Origin: a virus
Lineage: Duplodnaviria > Heunggongvirae > Uroviricota > Caudoviricetes
DNA length: 6,933 nucleotides
Strand: one strand, 5' to 3'
IMG/VR virus record: IMGVR_UViG_2548876700_000016
A program made the translations under genes and the position numbers. Below, in pieces: positions 1 to 4,553 of the stretch (the first letter of the stretch is position 1; every line of letters starts with the position of its first letter). Below the pieces are notes generated by a model. That model was not told the origin of the DNA, did no database searches, and saw only the letters and a program-made list of their open reading frames with translations.

Positions 1-183
1 CCGGAACTGATAAACAGGCATCACGCAATCATATTCGTAACCTTCACGGCGGTAAGTTACGCACCGTCCCGCCACGCCCTTAATCATTACCGTGCCGCCG
101 TACTGGTCGCGGTAAATATCACCGCGCGTAAATTTAGGGTGAGTGTTGCCACTGGCAGTTAAGCCAGAATATTTAAGTTTCAT
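1..183 (-). CDS. Hypothetical small protein, 5' part only (61 codons open to the window edge; 3' end lies beyond position 1)
   Basis: ATG at 183-181 on the minus strand with GGAGA about 9 nt upstream; starts 5 nt after the stop of the 189-422 gene; no stop codon through to the window edge. N-terminus reads MKLKYSGLTASGNTHPKFTRGDIYRDQYGG... Not on the ORF track because it is truncated. Confidence 0.4.
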   Translation of the reverse strand, partial: MKLKYSGLTASGNTHPKFTRGDIYRDQYGGTVMIKGVAGRCVTYRREGYEYDCVMPVYQFR

Positions 184-188
184 TATTT

Positions 189-422
189 TTATTCTCCGGT
201 GTGCTGTTCGTTATATCTGTCGTGCAATGTCTCTATTTCCTGCAACTCATTTATTACAGGCTCAAGAAGCGTTATTAATGATGTAATAATCCGCGTTTTT
301 TTTGCATTACGTTCATTATCGCCAAAGGATTCAAGGCACATCCGCAATATTTCGTACATACCTTCAGCGTAAGCAAGGGCACTAAATGCGCGGTCTATTG
401 TTTCAAGATAAATATCACGCAT
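189..422 (-). CDS. Hypothetical small protein (77 aa)
   Basis: ORF-track ORF. The upstream gene's stop (TAA, 426-424) is 1 nt from this ATG (422-420), and a GGGGA Shine-Dalgarno lies inside the upstream gene's 3' end: classic translational coupling. No recognisable family. Confidence 0.5.
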   Translation of the reverse strand: MRDIYLETIDRAFSALAYAEGMYEILRMCLESFGDNERNAKKTRIITSLITLLEPVINELQEIETLHDRYNEQHTGE

Positions 423-423
423 A

Positions 424-645
424 TTAATCCCCGTCCGTTGTTTTTCTTAAAACAGCTTCTGTCACGAAATCAGCATAGTTAGCGGCAATATCAAGAATAT
501 TTAGCCCTGTACCTCTGTGCTCATCAGTGCAAAGAAAGAAAAAAGCCACCCGCATAATTTCAGATATTGACGAAAGCGCATCAGCCGCATCATCAGGAAC
601 GCCGGAAAATTCTTGTTTCAGGGAATTAAAACGATCATCACGCAT
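424..645 (-). CDS. Hypothetical small protein (73 aa)
   Basis: ORF-track ORF. ATG at 645-643 preceded by GGGAGGGGGGG with about 7 nt spacing; its start overlaps the 3' end of the upstream 618-863 gene by 28 nt in another frame. No recognisable family. Confidence 0.5.
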   Translation of the reverse strand: MRDDRFNSLKQEFSGVPDDAADALSSISEIMRVAFFFLCTDEHRGTGLNILDIAANYADFVTEAVLRKTTDGD

Positions 646-863
646 AACCCCCCCTCCCCATTTTCACAATCAGCAACAAGAATATTTTTAGCGTCATTCA
701 GCGACCGCGTGGCGGTGTATCGGATGCATTCCAGGGCGAACAATGTGTATTCTTCCCGTTCTTCCTTTTGTGCAAGCCCTGCTGTGCATTCAATATCAAT
801 AAGCGCATGCATCAGCGTAGTGAGCGCGGCGGCGGCTGCGTCCGGCGTGGTTTTATTGTGCAT
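618..863 (-). CDS. Hypothetical small protein (81 aa from the internal Met; the track ORF extends to 893)
   Basis: ATG at 863-861 with GGGGGA 5 nt upstream; this start overlaps the last codons of the 853-1320 gene by 8 nt. The same stop/SD/ATG arrangement is repeated at 1313-1320 for the paralogous upstream gene. The first Met of the track ORF (893) has no SD. Confidence 0.35.
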   Translation of the reverse strand: MHNKTTPDAAAAALTTLMHALIDIECTAGLAQKEEREEYTLFALECIRYTATRSLNDAKNILVADCENGEGGLCVMIVLIP

Positions 864-1320
864 AGGTTTCCCCCTGACGAATACGGGCGACAAAAATCAG
901 ATGTGCGTGCGGCAGCTGGGCGCGGGCTTCGCGTTCTGTTGCTGCCGTGACGGTAAAGAGTGAGGTTTGTTTTTCCTGGCACTGCATAAAGCGCCAGACA
1001 AAATAAGGGCGTGCGGATACAGCCATGTGAAAGGCTCCCAGATGAATTTTAAGGAGTCTCGCTACTACGCTGTCAAACATGGTGGCGAGACGTAACAGGG
1101 TTGACAGACTGGTCATCTGGAAACCAGCGAGCACAAAGGCTCCCCCGTTACGCCCCGCCATAATGCGGGTATGGGTAGGTTTACGGACACAAAAAAACCG
1201 CTTATCGGATGTGGGCGGCTGTCCGCCAGATGTATTCAGGCTGTCAAACCCGGTCGCCATGTGGGCGACGGGGGAAGCATACAGCCCCGTGATAATTTTT
1301 TGCAAGCGGTTTTTACGCAT
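853..1320 (-). CDS. Hypothetical protein (155 aa) whose C-terminal 57 aa are paralogous to the 67-aa protein at 1313-1516; may alternatively be expressed as a standalone 57-aa protein from the internal ATG at 1026
   Basis: Continuous ORF. ATG at 1320-1318 overlaps the upstream gene's stop by 8 nt with a GGGG SD. The internal ATG at 1026-1024 has its own GGGAG SD about 8 nt upstream. The C-terminal segment ...YFVWRFMQ...ATEREARAQ...LIFVARIRQG aligns with ...YIWRFIAL...ATSEQEARQQ...VFAARIRQG of the 1313-1516 protein, with synonymous codon differences (cgc/cgt, gcc/gca) that support this frame. Confidence 0.45.
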   Translation of the reverse strand: MRKNRLQKIITGLYASPVAHMATGFDSLNTSGGQPPTSDKRFFCVRKPTHTRIMAGRNGGAFVLAGFQMTSLSTLLRLATMFDSVVARLLKIHLGAFHMAVSARPYFVWRFMQCQEKQTSLFTVTAATEREARAQLPHAHLIFVARIRQGETYAQ

Positions 1321-1516
1321 GATGTGACCCCTGACGAATACGGGCAGCGAATACCATCACGCAGCCAGCCGGAGATTGCTGGCGTGCTTCCTGTTCGCTG
1401 GTGGCCTCAATGGTAATCACGCGCGGTTGTGCCGTGCTCAGGGCGATAAAACGCCAGATGTATTTATTCAGGTTGTGCGAGTCCCGCCCTTGCGGGTGTG
1501 TGGTATGATTTCTCAT
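1313..1516 (-). CDS. Hypothetical small protein (67 aa), first gene of the minus-strand small-gene operon
   Basis: ATG at 1516-1514 with GAGGT 4 nt upstream. It is the C-terminal 67 codons of the 354-aa track ORF. Paralogous to the C-terminus of the 853-1320 protein. Sits directly downstream of the divergent control region. Confidence 0.55.
   Translation of the reverse strand: MRNHTTHPQGRDSHNLNKYIWRFIALSTAQPRVITIEATSEQEARQQSPAGCVMVFAARIRQGSHHA
1501..1509 (+). promoter_or_regulatory. Candidate extended -10 promoter element (TGgTATGAT) on the plus strand
   Basis: Sequence tggtatgat fits the extended -10 consensus TGnTATAAT with one mismatch. It lies about 45 nt upstream of the terminator hairpin at 1553-1597 and inside the first codons of the minus-strand gene. 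No convincing -35, which is common for extended -10 promoters. Confidence 0.3.
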
Positions 1517-1552
1517 AGCTACCTCGATACGCTTTCTATCGTTGGTGGTTAG

Positions 1553-1597
1553 AAGCCCTGCGAGTGGTAACGACACTTGCGGGGCTTTGCTTTTTAC
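1553..1597 (+). terminator. Rho-independent terminator-like hairpin, plus-strand specific
   Basis: AAGCCCTGCGAGTG (1553-1566) pairs with CACTTGCGGGGCTT (1574-1587): 14 bp with two G-U wobbles that would be A-C mismatches in the minus-strand RNA. 7-nt loop, followed by TGCTTTTTA. Confidence 0.5.
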
Positions 1598-1612
1598 TGT
1601 ACCTACTGATAT

Positions 1613-1656
1613 TGTACGTACGTAACAGCAATGATAATAGGAGTTACGTACGTACA
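1613..1656. promoter_or_regulatory. Perfect 14-bp inverted repeat, candidate operator for the Arc-like repressor
   Basis: TGTACGTACGTAAC (1613-1626) and GTTACGTACGTACA (1643-1656), separated by 16 bp. The spacer contains the AGGAG Shine-Dalgarno (1639-1643) and the right arm abuts the ATG at 1656. A candidate minus-strand promoter (TACAAT / TTATCA) overlaps the arms. Confidence 0.55.
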
Positions 1657-1847
1657 TGTCAACATTAAAGCGCGATAAATCGCCACGCGGTGAGGGATGG
1701 TCTCCAACCTTCCAAATCAGAATCAGTAAAGAGCTACGCCAACAAGTAAATGAGGCGGCAACTTCTGACGGTCTAACCCTTGGTAACTGGTTTAAAGAAT
1801 TAGCTAGGGCAGAACTAAAGCGGCGCGGCATAGAGCCAAAAGGTTGA
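1656..1847 (+). CDS. Arc/Mnt-family ribbon-helix-helix DNA-binding protein (63 aa)
   Basis: PTFQIRISKELRQQVNEAATSDGLTLGNWFKELARAELKRRG aligns position by position with the P22 Arc core PQFNLRWPREVLDLVRKVAEENGRSVNSEIYQRVMESFKKEG (beta-strand F-x-L/I-R, then two helices). AGGAG SD at 1639-1643, 12 nt from the ATG. Confidence 0.75.
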   Translation: MSTLKRDKSPRGEGWSPTFQIRISKELRQQVNEAATSDGLTLGNWFKELARAELKRRGIEPKG

Positions 1848-1868
1848 ATTTCAGAAGGAGATAAAATA

Positions 1869-2021
1869 ATGAACTGGCTGTTACATACCCTCCCAGGTCG
1901 CATTCTCATTGCACTAATTATTTTATGGATTTTGTACCAATTCGGTTTTTTCGATTCGCTTTGGAAGCCTGACTGTTCCGTTAACCCTGGCGATGTACTG
2001 AAAGGCTGTAAAAATGGCTGA
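1869..2021 (+). CDS. Small single-pass membrane peptide (50 aa), below the ORF-track size cutoff
   Basis: AAGGAG (1855-1860) 8 nt upstream of ATG at 1869. Translates to MNWLLHTLPGRILIALIILWILYQFGFFDSLWKPDCSVNPGDVLKGCKNG, with a hydrophobic helix ILIALIILWILYQFGFF and a short tail with two Cys. Stop TGA at 2019-2021. Starts 21 nt after the Arc-like gene's stop. Confidence 0.55.
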   Translation: MNWLLHTLPGRILIALIILWILYQFGFFDSLWKPDCSVNPGDVLKGCKNG

Positions 2022-2052
2022 TCAGGGTTACTCCCTGTAATGCCTTTAACTG

Positions 2053-2080
2053 GCCCTCTTAAAGAGGGTTGGTTATCTTC
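2053..2080 (+). terminator. Weak terminator-like hairpin downstream of the RHH/membrane-peptide bicistron
   Basis: CCCTC (2054-2058) / GAGGG (2064-2068) with loop TTAAA, followed by a T-rich but interrupted tract TTGGTTATCTT. Confidence 0.3.
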
Positions 2081-2330
2081 GCAGCTCTCTACGTTTTTCG
2101 TCGGAACCTCTGAACCTAAGCAGTGTTGATGTTCAGGAGAACCCGAATACTGTTCGTGTTCGTTGCTCGCCAATTCTCGCGTTTCGCGATAATCAAAATG
2201 ATTCAATGGGTTGAGATGTCCGTACGTTAAACGTACGCGGTTAATTTGTACGTGCGAATTTCGTCGGCTCAAATTCTGCGCAACCCTGATTGAGTTATGC
2301 AAATAGCACGCGGCTAACTCACAAGGATTT

Positions 2331-2362
2331 GAGCGCCCCCAAACGGGGGAGCGCAAAATTTT
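2331..2362. terminator. GC-rich hairpin between the convergent operons, possible terminator for either strand
   Basis: CCCCC (2336-2340) / GGGGG (2345-2349) with loop AAAC, extended by 2-3 flanking base pairs with one mismatch, followed by AAAATTTT. Lies 15-45 nt downstream of the Rha-like stop on the minus strand. Neither strand has a clean U-run immediately after the stem. Confidence 0.3.
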
Positions 2363-2376
2363 AGGCATAAGACGCA

Positions 2377-3087
2377 TCAGCGAATCTCCAACACTGACGA
2401 TGAAGTGATCAGGCTGGCGAACGCATCCATACGGCGGGCAACCTCACGCACCGCATCGCCTGGACTCATGTCATTACGCACCGCCTCATTAAAGGCCGCC
2501 TGTTCGATTTTCTGCATCACTACCAACAGCCCCAATTGCTGTTCGTCTGCGGTACCGCGTTCACCATCAGACAAACCAGCCACGCGGTTTTCAGCGCGGG
2601 CCAGATTGATGTAATGGTGCCGTTGTGCGCCCAGAGCTTTTAATCTGTCGCGGCTTTCGTGATAGCCAGGCAGGTACTCACGGCGGATAGGTTCTGCGGC
2701 GCGGCGCTTAGTGAATGCCTTCGTAACATCCAGTTTGAACTGGTTAATACGCTCAGGATCACGCCCTCGGGTGATACGCAGCAGATAGTCGAGCTGCGGC
2801 TCATTCAGCAGATAACTAATCTCAGGACGCCCACGCTTTCGGCCGGATTTTCCCGATTTCAAATCGGTTAATTCCTTGAGTGACTGACGAGGCAGTGATC
2901 CCAGCTCGCGCAATCTGCTCTGGTGCGATTTAATCGTCGCGCTTAGGCTTTCATGTTGTATTCCGGCTCGCTCTGAAATAACGCGGGAATCGATACGCGG
3001 CTCCGATTTGTGATTAATTAAAATATCGCTCTGGCTGGCTTCAGGGTGAGCGAATCCCTGCCCGTTGAGGGCATTAATCTTTTTCAT
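2377..3087 (-). CDS. Rha-family phage regulatory protein (236 aa)
   Basis: N-terminal region IDSRVISERAGIQHESLSATIKSHQSRLRELG matches the Rha-domain signature D-S-R-x-I-x-E-x-x-G-x-x-H-x-x-L-x-x-x-I as I recall it. Starts 20 nt after the alpA-like stop, so probably co-transcribed. C-terminal region not recognised. Confidence 0.6.
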   Translation of the reverse strand: MKKINALNGQGFAHPEASQSDILINHKSEPRIDSRVISERAGIQHESLSATIKSHQSRLRELGSLPRQSLKELTDLKSGKSGRKRGRPEISYLLNEPQLDYLLRITRGRDPERINQFKLDVTKAFTKRRAAEPIRREYLPGYHESRDRLKALGAQRHHYINLARAENRVAGLSDGERGTADEQQLGLLVVMQKIEQAAFNEAVRNDMSPGDAVREVARRMDAFASLITSSSVLEIR

Positions 3088-3107
3088 CTCTGATTACCTG
3101 TAGTTAA

Positions 3108-3392
3108 TTAAGCAGATTTGCGGCTGTATGGGTTATTGACGTTCTCTACTACAGGCGGATTACGAACCCACCAGAGCACATCAGAAAGAAGCCAGGCACA
3201 GCTATTGCGGCCGAAGTGGCAGCGTGGCGGAAATCGTCCTTGCTGCTCCATTTTCCAACGGCTGGAACGGGAAAGGCTGGTGATCTCGCTACATTCTTCT
3301 TCACGGATTCGACGATCGAACTTAAAGCCGTACTCTTCTAAAAGGGTGCGGCGCTGTTCAGGATTAGGCGGGGTAAAAATGGGGTTTTGCAT
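3108..3392 (-). CDS. alpA: AlpA-family (Xis/MerR-like HTH) prophage transcriptional regulator (94 aa from the internal Met; the track ORF extends to 3434)
   Basis: EITSLSRSSRWKMEQQGRFPPRCHFGRNSCAWLLSDVLWWV follows the AlpA pattern (T-G/S-L-S-R-S-T-I-Y...G-x-F-P-x-P...W...E-V/I-x-x-W). GGAGG lies 4 nt upstream of the ATG at 3392-3390; the first Met of the track ORF (3434) has no SD. Confidence 0.75.
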   Translation of the reverse strand: MQNPIFTPPNPEQRRTLLEEYGFKFDRRIREEECSEITSLSRSSRWKMEQQGRFPPRCHFGRNSCAWLLSDVLWWVRNPPVVENVNNPYSRKSA

Positions 3393-3472
3393 GTTGCCTC
3401 CACTGTTTCTAAGTTTGTGGAGGCTAGTTTGCAACCGTTAACACTGGATAGAAATACAGTTGTAAGCATAGA

Positions 3473-3509
3473 AGCATACTGATAATGCTTATAAATATAT
3501 CAGTATGCT
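3473..3509. promoter_or_regulatory. Perfect 12-bp inverted repeat between the orphan gene and alpA; candidate operator or terminator
   Basis: AGCATACTGATA (3473-3484) and TATCAGTATGCT (3498-3509), separated by a 13-nt AT-rich spacer. Lies 22-58 nt downstream of the 309-aa gene's stop and about 80 nt upstream of the alpA start. Confidence 0.45.
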
Positions 3510-3530
3510 ATAGGAGTATATGAGTAAGGC

Positions 3531-4460
3531 TTACTGTGTTCTTTCGCTCGGCCTCTTATGCGCATTGTTTAATATTGCTGCTATTTTCGTTTCTGTTTTT
3601 ATTGGCAATTCACCATTGATGAACCAGTCAGGTCTGGCGATCAACTCACGGGCCCAGGCAGAATAGTTAATAGTTCCATCTGTTTTTCTGCAACTCTCAT
3701 TAAAAGCATTTTGCTGCTCTTCTTTGAAGCGCATGGCTACCATTAAAATTTGCTCTCGATTTCTTGCATGTCTTTCAGCAGAATGATGAACAATTTCATT
3801 GCCATTCATCTTATGAGGTTCTACAAATTCAATATCATCTGTCAGCGTGAAATAATCGCCACCACAGTCAAGGAGCCGCCTTATATCCTGAGCAGTAATC
3901 CACAAATCGTTTATAGAGATTTTATTTTTGAATACTTGATCGTCTTCTTCATCATAATCGCTATCTTCGCCAACCATTAAAAGCTGTACGGCGGGATTAT
4001 CAGTTTCTGGATGGCACGGGGTTAATTCAAAACCACTTAGGGCATACTCTCCAAAATTTTGTAGCTCTTCTAATCCGCTCCAAAGACGCCACAACCCATA
4101 AGCCTTACCAATAGAACTGAAACACCCATTTTCTGTATCTTGACCAAATAAAGGCACGTGAATCGTTTCTTCCGTTTCCTCATTGTAATCGCATCTGTAG
4201 AGATGAAGCCTGGAAAATTCAGTAATATTGTTTCCCATCATGGATGTGGTGGAGTTTGCCTTTCTGGTATCGAACCAGTCGCATGCAGATTTGCTGTCAG
4301 TTCTCATATATAAAACAGCGCGAGCATCAAACAAATTTAGACATAAAGATATTTTTTTAGTAACACCTAAATTAATCAGGTCGCTAATCTCACAACCCAG
4401 CAATCTCGACGCACGTTCAATATTGCAGTATTGAAAAGGTATTTTAATGTCGTTAGCCAT
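3531..4460 (-). CDS. Hypothetical protein (309 aa), AT-rich orphan cargo gene of unknown function
   Basis: ORF-track ORF with GAGGG SD 7 nt upstream of ATG at 4460-4458. Visibly more AT-rich than the flanking int and alpA/rha genes. N-terminal stretch IERASRLLGCEISDLINLG looks HTH-like; central acidic stretch EDSDYDEEDD. No P-loop, nuclease or other catalytic motif recognised by eye. Confidence 0.7.
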   Translation of the reverse strand: MANDIKIPFQYCNIERASRLLGCEISDLINLGVTKKISLCLNLFDARAVLYMRTDSKSACDWFDTRKANSTTSMMGNNITEFSRLHLYRCDYNEETEETIHVPLFGQDTENGCFSSIGKAYGLWRLWSGLEELQNFGEYALSGFELTPCHPETDNPAVQLLMVGEDSDYDEEDDQVFKNKISINDLWITAQDIRRLLDCGGDYFTLTDDIEFVEPHKMNGNEIVHHSAERHARNREQILMVAMRFKEEQQNAFNESCRKTDGTINYSAWARELIARPDWFINGELPIKTETKIAAILNNAHKRPSERTQ

Positions 4461-4497
4461 TGCGCTGCCCTCAACGCCCCTAAATTAATTTGCGAGC

Positions 4498-4522
4498 CAA
4501 GCGGGTAGGGTTTCCCGCTTTT
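4498..4522. other. Short hairpin in the int/orphan intergenic region, weak terminator candidate
   Basis: AAGCGGG (4499-4505) / CCCGCTT (4514-4520) with an 8-nt loop. The plus-strand tail is TTTTCGG; the minus-strand tail has no T-run. Confidence 0.25.
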
Positions 4523-4553
4523 CGGTTGGCCGACCTAGGCCCGCAATATCAGT

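Noticed and set aside
613-1416. Plus-strand ORFs 613-963, 768-950, 1079-1327 and 1171-1416
   Set aside because: They overlap the minus-strand small-gene operon, which is supported by paralogy, synonymous-site variation and consistent SD/start coupling. They have no SDs and low-complexity translations (for example AAAAASGVV, CCCRDGKE).
1313-2377. 354-aa minus-strand ORF, the longest reading frame in this part of the window
   Set aside because: Only its last 67 codons (1313-1516) have a start codon with an SD and a paralog elsewhere. The rest runs antisense across the Arc-like gene, the membrane-peptide gene, the operator and a hairpin-rich spacer, and has an S/P/R/H-rich, low-complexity composition. 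Treated as a chance open frame; the unusual length is noted in a finding.
2405-2871. Plus-strand ORFs 2405-2614 and 2659-2871
   Set aside because: Antisense to the Rha-like gene, which has a recognisable domain signature. No SD, and S/R/A-rich composition typical of a shadow frame.
3393-3434. N-terminal extension of the alpA-like ORF (14 extra codons)
   Set aside because: GGAGG lies immediately upstream of the internal ATG at 3392, and the first Met has no SD. The extension is in fact the translation of that SD region.
3118-3441. Plus-strand ORF 3118-3441 (107 aa)
   Set aside because: Antisense to the alpA-like gene, which carries the AlpA motif. The translation is Arg/Ser-rich and runs into the SD region of alpA.
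3750-4434. Plus-strand ORFs 3750-3980 and 4228-4434
   Set aside because: Antisense within the 309-aa gene. They are AT-rich shadow frames giving Ile/Phe/Asn-rich peptides with no SD.
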